Source: Mobula hypostoma (taxonomy: Eukaryota). Taken from it: a stretch of 64,000 nucleotides of DNA. Numbering within the stretch: position 1 is the first letter of the stretch; each line of letters begins with the position of its first letter. A model generated the notes under the pieces. It saw nothing but the letters and a program-made list of their open reading frames with translations. It did no database searches and was not told the DNA's origin. Made by a program: the position numbers and the translations under genes. This document shows positions 1 to 12,879 of the stretch, piece after piece. Where the stretch lies: the NCBI RefSeq assembly GCF_963921235.1, contig NC_086097.1, positions 173,416,001 through 173,480,000 of the forward strand. The letters are read 5' to 3'.

Positions 1-400
1 CCATCAGATGTTCCAGGTTGGATGAGCAGGATTGAGACAGAATCACCACGTCTGTGCACCACAATCAATTAATCATAAAGGTTACTCCATTTCCTCTACC
101 TTTAAAAGACTGAGCTGCCCTGTCTTTGTGAAGGATGGTGAAGCCATCGGGCAGCAGTGCTGCATCCAAAATGGCAGAAGTTAGCCATGCTTTCATAAAG
201 CAAAGTACACAACAGTCCTCAATATTTCTCTGGTACTGCAATCTTGCTCTGAGGTTTTCAGTTTTATTTTCCAGAGACAGCACATTTGCCAGCAGGATAG
301 TTAGGAGTGAGGGTCTTAAGCTTCTGTGTTTCAATTGTACCTGTAGATCTTTCCCGCTTCTGTTTTTTAAAGGAGAACTATACTCACGATCTGAGTCTGA
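1..400 (-). mobile_element. Rex1/Babar-type LINE fragment (APE endonuclease N-terminus)
   Basis: ORF 65-481 contains LLANVLSLENK...LRARL..QRNIEDCCVLCFMKAWL...KGRGNGV, the typical start of the Rex1/Babar endonuclease. Boundaries approximate. Confidence 0.7.
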
Positions 401-859
401 AATCTGGGATCCACTGATATTGAGCATCAATAGATCTTTTTTTAAACATCTTAAAACAACATTGCTTGCTAATGTACCCATGTCTGTAACTGTGGACCCT
501 GGAATGATAGGGCTGAGGATGGGGAGTTGATATACAAGTCAATGCAGGTTATCTAGACCCCAATGAATGACAAACTTGTAACCTACAGGATTTTCAGTTT
601 GAAAAACAAATAGCTAAACAATGTAAAACAACAGTAAATCAGAATCAAAACAACAAGAGAAATGGACAGAAAGAAAAGAATGAATACCCTGTTGTGTTAC
701 CCTGGACATAATTCAAGAGCCAACGAGTGTTTTAATAGCTGCGAAGGAATGTACAAAAAGTGTATATTCATGCACTAGAAATGGTCAATACCAATATTAT
801 TGCAGGCAGGTTTGCTGAAGCTGCTGGGAAGGTCTTAAACTAATTGGGATCTCTTCTGC

Positions 860-1215
860 TAACACCTTGTTGAGATCACTCCATTTTCCTCACATTCATG
901 TGCCTATCTAAGTGTCTCTTAAAAGTCTCTAATGTTTCTACATCTACCACCACCCCAGGCAGTGCATTCCAGCACATTCTGATAAACCTCAATCAGATCT
1001 CCCATCAGCCCCCGCTACTCCTGAGAAAATGGCCCAAATATGTCCAAACTCGGATCCAGGTAATAATCTCGTAAACCTCTTCAGCATCCTCTCTGAAGTC
1101 TCAATATCCTTCCTATAATGGAGTGACTACCTGTATGCAATACCCCAGCTGTGGCCTAAATAGAGTTTTACAAAGCTACAACATAACTTCCTGAATTCTG
1201 AACTCAATGCCTTGA
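860..1215 (-). mobile_element. CR1 LINE 3' fragment, degraded
   Basis: Resembles the 3' ends of the other minus-strand CR1 copies here (e.g. 49400-49980). Confidence 0.6.
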
Positions 1216-1224
1216 CTAAAATGT

Positions 1225-2385
1225 AGGTGCCTTGTGGGAAGTGTTAAAAAACCACAAAGGTGGAAAAGACCCTGATGGGAGTTATATACAGGCCTCCGAA
1301 CAGTAGCAGGATGTGGGGTATAAATTATAAAGGGAGATAAAAAGGCATGTAAAAAGGGAAACGCTGCAATAGACATGCAGGATTTCAACAGGCAGGTAGT
1401 TTGGGAAAATGAGGGGGGTACTGAATCCCAAGAAAGCGAATTTGTAGAATGTCCATGAGATAGCTTTTTAGAGCAGCATGTCGTTGAGACTATTCTCTAT
1501 TGAGTGTTGTGTAACAAACCAGATTTGATTAGGAAGCTGAAGGTAAGGAACCCTGAGGAAGCAATGGTCACGATAGAATTCACTGTAGTTTGAGAAGGAG
1601 AAATAAAGTCATATAGGGGGCAGTGATCATGATAGAATTCACCCAACAGTTTGAGAAGAACTAAAGTCATATGCGTCAATATAAAGAGAATTACAGAGGC
1701 ATGAGAGAGGAGCTGGCCAAAATTGATTACGGTAGCAGGGATGGTGACAGACCAACAATGGCTGGAGCTCATTGGAGCAATTCAGAAGGCACAGGATAGA
1801 TACATCCCAAAGAAGTAGTAGTATTCTAAAAGGGAGAATGAAGCAACCATGACAAACAAGGGAAGTCGAAGACAGCATAAAAGCAAATGAGAGGGCATAT
1901 TATATAGCAAAAAAATAGTGGAAAGTTAGAGGATTGAAGAGCTTCTAAAAAAGCCACAAAGAGAGAAAAGATAAAATATGAAAGGAAGCTGGCCAATAAT
2001 AAAAAGAGAATACAATGAGTTTTTTTCAGATATATAAAGAGTAAAAGAAAGGTGAGAGTAGATATCGGACTACTGGAGAATGATGGTGGAGAGGTAGTAA
2101 TACGGGGCAAAGAAATGGCAGACAAACTTAAGTATTTTTCAGTAGTGTTCACTGTGGTGAATCTGAGGAATTCATTGGAACAGACAGCTGTAGAGGTCAA
2201 GTCATTTGGTATATTTGAAGAGGATGATGATAAGTTCTTGAATAGGCAGGGTTATGCGTTAAAAAGGTTACGGGGAAAAGGCAAGAGAATGGGGTTGAGA
2301 GGTATAATAAAACAGCCATGATGGAAGGGAAGAGCAGAGTCAATGTACTGAATGGTCTAATTCTTCTCCTATGTCTTATGGTCAA
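1225..2385 (+). mobile_element. CR1 LINE, internally deleted (endonuclease region joined to 3' tail)
   Basis: GVIYRPPNS-coding motif near 1277 and RVDIGLLENDGGEVV near 2052, then a jump to the 3' UTR ending ctcctatgtcttatggtc. Homologous to 32540-33395 reversed. Includes an internal ~60-bp tandem duplication at 1564-1672. Confidence 0.75.
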
Positions 2386-5031
2386 GCAGCAGATTCATTT
2401 TTACTCTGACCAACGTCATTACAAAATTTAACAATTTGTCTCACTGCATAATGTTGCACAAGCAATCTTAGCAGCAAACAGAAAGGCTACATGAAGTTGG
2501 TGTTTGAAATAAGAGATGATTTATTAAAATTGAGCACACCAGGAAACCAGTCAAAGCTGAACTATTTGAGCACAAATTTTGCACAGCTTATATATCCTCA
2601 GCTAACAAAATTACAAAGACATTTGACTAGGTTTTGACAGCAGAATGATGGTTGCGGAAAGACTTAAAGTAACAAACTATGTCTTGATTACAGAATAAAA
2701 TGATAATCTGTAAGTTGAACTTGTATTGCAATAACAGGTGCTTGCTGTAGCATAATTAATGGAGTTGCCAAAATTTGAGTGTTGTCATAGCTGCATTCTA
2801 TCTCCCTGCTTTTCAGTTTTGCCTGTGGTTCCTTGTTACTACATTAGCACAATCCACGTCCCTACTTACTATTATTAGCCCTCACTATTCCTTCCCCTAC
2901 AACACAAGCTGACTCTCCCAAATGCCATATACTCTACAAACATTTCCTGATAAAGGGTCTGAGGGGATAGAAAGTCAACCGTGCATCCATCACAAAATCT
3001 GCGTCTCTCTCTCTAGAACCTACACAAGCTACAAAGTACACCATCACTCTTGTAATCTTGTAAACCAGAATGTGCATGACTTCACAAATCCATCCTCTCT
3101 GCTCTCAAGAGGACCTCAGGTTCATGATTTTACTATGTCACCCTGTCTTGACAATTTATTCAAAATTTTGACTCAAGGATATGACTTTAAAAAAAAGTTG
3201 TTTAATCCTTTAGTGTGGGTTTACACATTTCTGAGCCAAATAGAAGTGAGGATAAATACAAAAGAAAGTGAAGTTTCACTTTATTTGACAAGAGGGTTAA
3301 GAGAGAAAGAAAAATTGAGACAATTAATAAAGGGGAGGGGAATATATTACAATCTCCAAGATGAATTTACAATAAGTAAGAATGAGATTCAACAGTTTCT
3401 CCTTTCCAGCTAGATAATTAATTGGAATGCACTGACAATTATCATATTGTGAAACAGGTATTTGTAGTTGTAAGTATGAGCTGTGACAAGTTTAATTGGC
3501 AATTAATGTGCAGATCCAACAAGTTTTTAAAAACAACAGGGAGCTTGAGGCAGAATGTCATTTATAAAAAGCAAATCACCCAGCAATTTTGTAGAGATTT
3601 TCAAATTTTGGGTTTGTTTCCATGGAGTTTGGTGGCAACTTTACATAGTGATAATGTGAGGCATTAGGTTTAGGTATTTTTTCCTAGGAGACTTGGCCAA
3701 GTGTTCTGTAAGAAACATAGGTCTAACATGAGTTCAGGAAACAGTTACAATTACAAATATTTAATTTCCAGGTATGTACAAATCTATGTTGGTGCTGAAG
3801 CCTTAAGTGAAGGTGATGACAGTGTTCAAGAACTTTACTGGTTCATGTATTGTCAGGTACGCATGATAATCAACTCCAAACAAAATTTAAAGCAAAATAA
3901 GAACAAGTCAAGGTAATTGAAATCTAAGTTTCCAGAAAGAACAATGTTTTCATTTTGATGTTTTTTTTTCTAGAGTGGCTCTTGGTCCAAAGTAAGGATA
4001 TAGATTTCAGCAGAAATGGTAAATGTAAATACTCAAGTGGACAGACAAGCTCTGCAACAAGAAGCAGGGAAACAACATTTCAGTTTGATGGTCAATGACT
4101 GACCTGCAAGATTAACTCTGCTCTTGTATCCAGAGGACATTTGAGTATCCAGCAGCCTCTGCTTTTATTTCAGATGTCAGCTATCCAGACTGCTTTGCTT
4201 TTGTTTCAGTGTAACCCAAAAAAATGCATTTTGCAGATTAAATAAGTGCTTCATTCCTTTCATTTTAAACCTTAATTCAAATTAAGATTTTAAATTGTTG
4301 CCAACAGAAAAGGCAAACTTTCTTCTTCTTCAGCTTTGTTTCATTGGATTATTTTTTTGAAATTCATAATAATCTTATAAAGAAAGTTATTATAAATTTA
4401 TATGAACTGTTGGAATGCATTTTAAAATTAATAACTTTATTTTATTAACTTGAGCTGCAAGAGCTTTAAGAACAGTAAGATACAGAGATCAGGAACTCTC
4501 ATCTCATGCCAAAAGAACCAACCTACAACTATTGCTCAAAGACTGATGATGAAGACAACTTGTCATGTATTTCTCCTTTATTTTCTAGCCAATGTTGGAG
4601 AAATATGACACTTACATACAAACATACATAAAAATATCTGCCTTTAGCCAGCTACAAGATAACATTGTGGCTCAAGCCCATTACTAGTTCATGTCCTGGT
4701 AGAGTTGAATGAACTACTCTAACCAAATTCTGTACAGATATTTCATGCAAATGCACAAAGCCACAGCTTTGTTAAGTATTACTCTTAACGTAAAAAATTA
4801 AGTTTCGCAAAAAGTGATGCTACCAACCACAATGAGCTTGAACAGGGTAAAGCATAAACAATTTGCATAAAAGAAATAAATAGTGAAAGCTTACATTTCC
4901 AAATGTCTAAGAGGCTGTATAGCCAATGAATTACTTCTGAAGTGTAGTCACTGTTGTCTAGCTGCCAATTTATGTATAGGAAGCTCCCAGAAGCAGCAAT
5001 GCGATTATGACCAGATAACAGATTTTCTTAG

Positions 5032-5430
5032 ATACAGTGGATTCTGGTTAATTGGTTCATCAATTTGCTGGAACAGCTACTTATTTGGGACAATGCTTAA
5101 AGAAGAAAAACTAATTGAGAAAATAGTCAGGATACCCTTCAATTATTTGAGACACGCTGTTGCTTATTTGTGACAGGAGACTGATGCCCAACAGTTTCTA
5201 ACTAGCATCAATAGCTTGAACTCATGTGGCCATTAGACAATACACGTGCTCAGTGCAAACAGTTTTTAAATAGTGTCAATTGTGTGTGTTTGTGCTCAAA
5301 AAGCCGGGGTTTTTGTCACAGATGGTTGGCAATAGTAAGCAGTAAGACAATGTAGAACTGTTTTGCTCTCTGCACTTTCAAGCATTCAGGCTTGAAGATG
5401 CCAGAAATGGCTGACAATGAAAATGAAACT
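5032..5430 (+). mobile_element. Non-autonomous pogo/Tigger-like DNA transposon fragment
   Basis: Starts TA|CAGTGGATTCTGGTTAATTGG. Colinear in reverse orientation with 41875-42215 (shared ttatttgggacaa and aaaaactaattgagaaaa blocks). Confidence 0.6.
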
Positions 5431-5435
5431 GGAAG

Positions 5436-6372
5436 GTGTTGTAACTCCAAAACATAAAACAAATCAAAGCAAAATCACAGAGCCAGGAATAACATGTCCT
5501 TAGTTGGTTTTTATTTTAGTAAAGCATGCACATACGACGCAGTGGCGTAATGATGCATACCATTCACATACTTTTACATATAAACCATAATGAATTATGT
5601 AATGACAAAGAATGTTAAATCAAACAATATATTTATGTTACTCAAGTATTACTGAATATTAAGTACTCACACGTGTTACTAATTAGCTCAATATCAAATG
5701 CATCTCAATTTATATACACACACATTTCATATATATAAAAATAAAAGTATGTATCGCTGTGGAGGATTTCTTACTCTTGTGGGATATTGTCTTTCCTGAC
5801 AAGCAGGGGCGTCACTGCTTGGCGAGTGAGACTTGTGGCTGTGAAACAATCTCAGATTCTGGAGCCTCCTCAAGAATGGTTACAGCAGTTGACTCTGGGA
5901 CTGCAGGAAGAGGTTCTGACAGATCTGGACATCTTTCTTCTGTAACAAATTACTCGGCCAGGGCAATGCAGGCCATTCCCCATGGATGGAGAGGCACTGT
6001 TATTGGCATCTTCTGGATGAACTGGCATCCTAAACAGTGCGTGGGAAGCCGCTCGATCTGCTGATCTATCCCAGGCCAACAGTCAAAGTTTCAAACTTTA
6101 ATTTTGACCACACCTAGCTGACGGGCATGTGGCTCCTCCAATACTTTAGCTCTCAGCTTAGATAGTAAAACAATCCTCAAGTGCCCACATCAGGCAACCC
6201 CCATCAAGGGCTAGTTCATCTCTGCAGTGGTAAAAATGGGGAAACGGGATTTTCTCCAGCACATTTCAGCCATCTGAGTTGCCATGTAGTCTGGGGTCTT
6301 TTCTGGTTTCCCTGTGTATCATCTCTACCATATTGGGAGACTTTCAATATTCATCCTTCAGCATCTCCATGA
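5436..6372 (-). mobile_element. Gypsy LTR-retrotransposon remnant: integrase Zn-binding region, pol 3' end and probable 3' LTR
   Basis: Minus strand encodes degraded ..KVLEEPHARQLGVVKIK..WPGIDQQIERL..HCLGCQFIQKMP..PLHPW, the integrase H2C2 region. AT-rich LTR-like sequence ends ...TACAACA near 5436. Confidence 0.7.
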
Positions 6373-6437
6373 TTAGCTGTCCTATTGGATTCGATCCTGA
6401 AATTGTGCCCTAAAGAAACCAAGCCCATCTCTGCATT

Positions 6438-7460
6438 TAAGACCATAAAATATAGGAGAAAAATTAGGCCATTTGGCCTATCATGTCAGCTCCAAGATTT
6501 CATCATAACTGATTCATTTTTCCTCTCAGCCCCAGTGTCTTCCCCCCCCCACCACCCCCCAGTTTCCCTTCATGCCCTGACCAATCAAGAATCGATCAAC
6601 CTCTGCTTTAAACATACAGAAAGACTTTGGTCACCACAGCTGCCAGTGGCAACAAATTCCACAAATTCACCAATCTCTGGCTAAAGAAATTCCTCCTCAT
6701 CTCTGTTCCAGAAGGACACATCTCTACCCTGAGACTGGCTCCTCTGGTCTTAGACTCTCCCACCATAGGAAGCATCCACAGCTACTCTATCAAGGCCTTT
6801 CACAAATTAGATAACCCTTCATTCTTCTGAATTCTAGTGAACACAGGCCCAAAGTTATCAAACTCTCTTCATATGACAAACTATTCAATCCTAGAATCAT
6901 TTTCATGAACCTCCTTTGAATACTCTCCAGTTTCAGCACATTCCTTCTAAGATATAAAGGACCCGAAACTGCTCAATTCTCCAAGTGAGAACTCGAGTGC
7001 TTTATAAAATCTCAACATTACATCCTTGCTTTTATATTCTAGTTCTCTTGAAATGAATGCTAATATTGCATTTGCTTTCCTCAAGAGACTCAATCAGCAA
7101 GTTAACCTGTGGGGAATCCTGCACAAGGACTCCCAAGTCCCCATGCACCTCAGCCTGTTGAATTTTCTCTCCACTTACAAAATAATCTTCCCTTTTATTT
7201 CTTCTACCAAAGTGCATGACCATACACTTCCCGGCACTTCATTCCATTTGCCATTTCTTTGCCCATTCTCCTAATCTGTCTAAGTTCTTCTGTAGCCTCT
7301 CTATTTCCTCAAAACTACCTGCTCCTCCACCTATCTCTGTATCATCTGTAAAGGATCCCTTTATTCTCACTCTTTGCCTACTGCCAATCTGCTACTGGTT
7401 TATCCACGCTAGAATCTTTCAATTAATATCATGGGCTCACAGCTTGTTAAGTATCCTCAT
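6438..7460 (-). mobile_element. CR1 LINE 3' part inserted into the Gypsy element
   Basis: Tail aagaccataaaatataggag; ORF 7032-7223 gives MHFGRRN..DLGVLVQDS. Confidence 0.8.
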
Positions 7461-7720
7461 GGCATCACAGGCAAGCTTTGCTGGATGATGAGGAACATGA
7501 TATGTGAGTACAGTGCCTGACATCACTACTTCATTTACCTTTTCGAAAGCTACCTTACACTGTTCTGTCCCTTGCCATTTTTCCCAGATCTTTAGTAATG
7601 AGTTCAAGTGATGAAGCACAGTAGTCAGGTTTGGCAGGAACTTGATATGGTAATTAACAAATTCTATAAAGGACCGATAGGTAATTAACAAATTCTATAA
7701 AGGACCGTAACTATGATACC
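7460..7720 (-). mobile_element. Gypsy pol fragment (RT-RNaseH connection), upstream part of the element at 5436-6372
   Basis: ORF 7437-7691 gives RSFIEFVNYHIKFLPNLTTVLHHLNSLL...CKVAFEKV...KLACDA. Contains a tandem duplication of gtaattaacaaattctataaaggaccg (7650-7707). Confidence 0.7.
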
Positions 7721-7749
7721 TCCTTCATCTTGAGGGCATGAGCCAGCAC

Positions 7750-8320
7750 TCATTTGGGGATTAGAGGTAGAGAGGATCAGTACTTTAAATTTCTTGGTGT
7801 TATCATTTTAGAGGATCTGCCCTGGGCCCAGGGCATAAGTGCAATTGCAAAGGAAGCATGACACCGCCTGTATTTCCTTAGAAGTTTATAAAGATTCAGC
7901 ATGACATCTAAAACTTTGACATACTTTTAGAGATGTGTGCTGAAGAGTATATTGACTGGTTGTATCACAGCCAGGTATGGAAACACCAATGCCTTGAATG
8001 GAAAATTCTACAAAAAGTAGTGGATACTGTCCAATCCATCACAGGTAAAGCTCTACCCACCACTGAGCACATCTACATGGAGCGCTGTCATAGGAAAGCA
8101 GCATCTATCATCAAGGACCCCCACAACTCAAGCCATGCTCTCTTCTCACTGCTGCCATCAGGAAGAAGGTACAGGAGCCTCAGGACCTACATTAGCAGGT
8201 TCAGGATCAGTTATTATTCATCAGCCATCAGGCCCCTGTACCTTCCACTGGGAATAACTTCACTCAACTTCACTGAATTATTCACACAAACTATCAAGGA
8301 CTCTTCATCTCAAGAACTCC
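7750..8320 (+). mobile_element. Rex1/Babar LINE 3' fragment
   Basis: FKFLGV motif near 7785; ORF 7933-8328 gives LQKVVDTVQSITG...IIKDPHNSSHALFSLLPSGRRYRSLRT. Confidence 0.8.
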
Positions 8321-8629
8321 ACCATTGATAACTATTAGGAACTAATACACTGCAGTAGATAATCCTCTCAGCAGTTCTTGCTGAATTCTCTTCAACCTTC
8401 TCTGCAACACTGGGCCTGTGCAGAATGGTAATGTTAGAGCCTGCTTCTCACATGAGCTGTTTATTATCCACTTCCATTTAAGACGAGATGTAGTGCAACT
8501 ACAAAGCTTTGATCTGATCTGTGGAATAAGTTACCCACTTGTTCTTGCATTTTGTAAGTAGTTAGCCAAGATGGCTGAAGAAAACTTATGTGTTTCCTGA
8601 TTTGTATTTAAAGTCACCTAGGCAGGTAA

Positions 8630-8805
8630 ATTGATTTAAAAGAGACACTTGAAAAGGTACATGAACAAGAAAGGTTTAGACTAAACGTTAAAGAAAGAGA
8701 GATGGGCCAAATGCAGGCAAATAGGACTAGCTTTGATAGGAATCTTGGTCCACATGGACCAGTTAGGCTAAAGGGTTTGTTTCTGTGCTGTAGGACTCTA
8801 TGACC
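8630..8805 (+). mobile_element. CR1-type 3' tail fragment
   Basis: gggccaaatgcaggcaaataggactag...gtttctgtgctgtaggactctatgac, a CR1/SINE-type 3' end. Confidence 0.55.
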
Positions 8806-9053
8806 CCAAATAAAGTAATATTTGAGGCATATAAGCTCACACTATAAATGCCCTGGTTACATGTGCCTCCTTTACCTTCAGGTAAAAAGACCTGCTTTGT
8901 CATCACAAGCCATCAGCTTAGGTGGTTTCTGTTGTGGGAATATTCCAGTAACTAAAATCCAATATAAAATATCAAAATGTTCTTAAAAGAGACCACTTTT
9001 TTAAAAAGAAGTTAATATTTTCAAAATACAAAATTCACACATATATGCTAAGG

Positions 9054-9999
9054 CAGGGGTCCTCAACCTTTTTTGCACCGCAGACTGGTTCAATATTGAC
9101 AATATTCTTGCGGACCGGCCGACCGCGGCGGTGGGGGGGGGTGGTCGCCAACGGAGAAAAGTAGCAGTCAAATACGTTGTGTTTACCCGGAGAAAGACTA
9201 CCATGACCATGAAGCCTTGCGCGGGCACCTTTGTGCGCATGCATGTACATGCCGATATTTTTCTAAAAATCGTTTTTGGCGATTCTGTTCAGTGAAACTA
9301 CACTATACATACATTATTTCTACTTTATATAGGCTGTGTATTTATCATATCATTCCTTTCACTATATGTTAGTGTTATTTAGGTTTCATATAACACAGCA
9401 CATGAATATAGTGCTAAGTCAATTATAAGTCACTTATAAGTCAATAGCATCATAACATTTTAAGTAATGTTTGGATATTAAACACACAGCACATATTTTC
9501 CTCCTATGAACTTATCAAATCATGGCAATACACCAATATCACTGAATCAGCGGGAGCCCTGGGCTTGTTTTCCTGCAACAAGACGGTCCCATCGAGGGGT
9601 GATAGGAGACAGTGATACTTGAAGGGAATTCCTTATGTCCAGTCTATTCTGCAATTTAGTTTTCATTGCATTCACTGCAGAAAAGCCTGCTTCGCAGATA
9701 TGTTGGCAATGCAAGCAACGTTTTCATTGCTTTCATGGCTATCTCAGGATATTTAGCCTTGACTTTGATCCGGAATGCCGGCAGAGATGTTATGTCAAAC
9801 ATAATTTTCAGCCCGCCATCAGTTGCAAGCTCGAGGACTTGATCCTCTTCCCGCGCTGATACGAATGACACGTGCGTTCAATTTCAACAGTGCATGACAG
9901 GGAATGAGGAAAGGTGTAGCTGACTCATATCGCCAAATCATATCATTTCCTCGCAGCCCGGTAGCACATGCTTTGCTGCCCAGTGGTTGGGGACCGCTG
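9054..9999 (-). mobile_element. Non-autonomous hAT-Charlie (MER1-like) transposon with transposase C-terminal remnant
   Basis: TIRs CAGGGGTCCTCAACC / GGTTGGGGACCGCTG. 8-bp TSD tgcTAagg / tgtTAaga (6/8 match). ORF 9656-9871 gives EEDQVLELATDGGLKIMFD..KVKAKYPEIAMKAMKTLL, Charlie dimerisation-domain-like. Confidence 0.88.
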
Positions 10000-10319
10000 T
10001 GTTAAGATGTGGTAAATAATACAGGACATAGCATTTTTTCACCAGTAAACTTACGCATTATGTTGCTATTCTTAGCAAAATGCCATTGCAATCAATTTCA
10101 TACATAAATTGCAAAAATAAAGAGTGAAGATATTGGTAGATTCCAGCAACATTTTGCAAGTTGGATGACAAGAAATGAGATTCTTTAGGTATTTTAATTC
10201 TACACTGCAGATTAACACACTCCAAGGCAGCAAAACTCAATCTATTAGGGTACAAAGGTGGTGACATAATAACCTGCCAGACTGCATACATATAGACCTC
10301 ACCAGTTCCCCACCACCAC

Positions 10320-11920
10320 ACCCCTCCTCCGGTTGGCGGAACTGGTACTCACACTTAATAACTTCTCTTTTGGCTCTTCCCACTTTCTTCAGACCAAGGG
10401 TGTAGCTATGGGCACTCACATGGGCCCCAGCTATGCCTGCTTCTTCGTTGGTTATGTGGAACAGTCTATGCTCCGAACCTATACTGGTACTGCTCCCCAA
10501 CTTTTCCTTCGCTACATTGACAGCTACATTGGTGCTGCTTCCTGCACCCATGCTGAGCTCGTCAATTTCATCGACTTTACTTCAAGCTTCCACCCAGCCC
10601 TCAAATTCACTTGGTCCATCTCAGACACTTCTCTTCTCTTTTTCGATCCCTCGGTCTCCATCTCTGGAGACAGACTGTCCACGGGCATCTTCTATAAGCC
10701 CACTGACTCTCATAACTACCTTGACTATACCTCTTCCCACACTGCCACATGCAAAAATGCCATTCCCTATTCCCAGTTCCTCCATCTCTGCCGCATCTGC
10801 TCCCAGGATGAGGCTTTCCATTCCAGGACATCTCAAATATCCTCTTTCTTTAAGGATCGTGGTTTCCCTTCTGCCGTCATCAATGATGCCCTCACCCGCA
10901 TCTCCTCCATTTCCCGCACTTCGGCCCTCACCCCATCCTCCCGTCACCACAACAGGGACAGAGTTCCCCTTGTCCTCACCTACCACCCCACCAGCCTCCG
11001 GATCCAGCACATTATCCTCCACAACTTCCACCACCTTCAACAGGACCCCACCACTAAGCACATCTTTCCCTCTCCACCCCTCTCCGCTTTCCGCAGGGAT
11101 CGTTCCCTCTGCGACTCCCTGGTCCACACGTCCCTCCCCACGGATCTCCCACCGGCACTTATCCCTGTAAGTGTAAGTGCTACATCTGTCCCTACACCTC
11201 CTCTCTTGCCACCATTCAGGGCCCCAAACAGTCCTTCCAGGTGAGGCAACACTTCACTTGTGAGTCTGTTGGGGTCATCTATTGCATCCGGTGCTCCCGG
11301 TGCGGCCTCCTCTACATCGGTGAAACCCGATGCAGATTGGGAGACCGCTTCATTAAGCACCTCCGCTCCATCCGCCACAACAGACAGGACCTCCCGGTTG
11401 CCACCCACTTCAACTCTGCTTCACATTCCCATTCGGATATGTCCATACATGGCCTCCTCTACTGCCATGATGAGGCTAAACTCAGGTTGAAGGAGCAACA
11501 CCTCATATACCGTCTAGGTAGTCTCCAGCCCCTTGGCATGAACATTGAATTGTCCAACTTCTGGTAATTCCCTCCCCCTCCCTTCCCCTATCGCAGTTTC
11601 ACTCTGTCCCCTCCCCCAGCTGCCTATCACCTCCCTCTTGGTTCTGCCTCCTTCTACTACCCATTGTTCTTTCCCCTATTCCTTCTTCACCTTTCCTGCC
11701 TATCCCCTCCCTGCTTCCCCTCCCCCACCCCTGGATCTTTCCCCTTACTGGTTTTTCACCTGGAGCCTTCCAGCCTTCTCCTTCCCACCCTCCCCCCACC
11801 TTCTTTATAGGGCCTCTGCCCCTTCCCTCTTCAGTCCTGATGAAGGGTTCCAGCCCGAAATGTTAACTCATCTTTTCCAAGGATGCTGCCCCACCTGCTG
11901 AGTTCCTCCAGCATGTTGTG
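10320..11920 (+). mobile_element. Penelope-like retroelement (PLE), 5'-truncated: RT, GIY-YIG endonuclease and pLTR tail
   Basis: ORF 10333-11244 has GVAMGTHMGPSYA and FLRYIDSY (catalytic DD degenerated). ORF 11241-11567 has VIYCIRCSRCGLLYIGET (GIY-YIG). A pyrimidine-rich 3' region ends ...gagttcctccagcatgttgtg. Confidence 0.92.
11832..11869 (+). ncRNA. Minimal type I hammerhead ribozyme motif in PLE tail (partly decayed)
   Basis: CAGTC-CTGATGA-A-GGGttccagCCC-GAAA-TGTT-AACT. The CUGANGA and GAAA cores and stem II are intact; stems I and III carry CpG-type changes. Confidence 0.7.
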
Positions 11921-12879
11921 AGAGATATAATTAGCTTAAGTTCTTCTTTCTGGTCAATAAATGACCCTGTCTATTTGAATAAGTTCATGTTTCAGCAACT
12001 TTTATTTTGCTTTTAATCTCTACAGTATGTAGATTGTTTTAGGTTGCCACACATGCAATTTAAAAGACAGGAGACTTTGATTATTAATTTAGGCTCATAA
12101 ACCTAGTTACAAGGGAATTTATTAGGTCAGAAATATTCCCATCCAATTATGCTGCTACTGACAGATGCCATTTGGCTGGTGATGTTTCATGGCTAATCTT
12201 TGAAGTGATCCAGCATGTCTTAAATATCTCAACAGATGTGATTATACATTTTTCTTTAAAATAATATATCGCTACATGGTGCTGTTTCTTCTGCTTTTTC
12301 TCCCCAAGTACATTTCCAAGAAATTAAGTTTCTTGGTATGAAGGTTTTCTCCCCTGAGCATGTGATCAGGATGAAAGCCAGCATGTTTTTTCTGCCATTT
12401 GTTCTTCCAGTTGTGAGTCCAGCCAATTCCTGACAAACTCCAGTGTTAGCATGTATATATAGCAGATTATACAGTTTGATGGTCATAAAATTAGTCAGAT
12501 TTCTTATTTTAGAGATTAAAAAGTGATGTGCAAAGTGAAGTTTTGTTTGATATGCTTCAAGTAATTAATTTGAAACTGCAGGATTCAGACCAAGTAAAGC
12601 AGAACATGAGAAGGTTGCCTATATTGTAACACTCATTTACTTAAATAAGACTACAACAGAACTTCAGCTAGTTTTTTAAAACTCATTTTGTAAAGAACTG
12701 AATATTGATATTTTTACCAATAAAACCGAAATAAAGCCAGACTACCAGTATCACCAATGCCTTGCACTGCATTTCTGTTGTAAAGATTCCATTCAGTCCG
12801 CTAGAAACCAGCTCTTTTTTGCAAAATTTTTAATACAGAGTTCTAACTACTTAATGAACCAACATTTGCACCTTGATAA

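Noticed and set aside
2922..3413. 163-aa ORF in apparently unique DNA
   Set aside because: No recognisable domain or splice structure, and antisense to VPS13B. Probably chance.
10433..11490. Long alternative-frame and antisense ORFs (245 aa, 168 aa, 123 aa)
   Set aside because: Shadow frames of the C-rich Penelope RT/GIY-YIG sequence.
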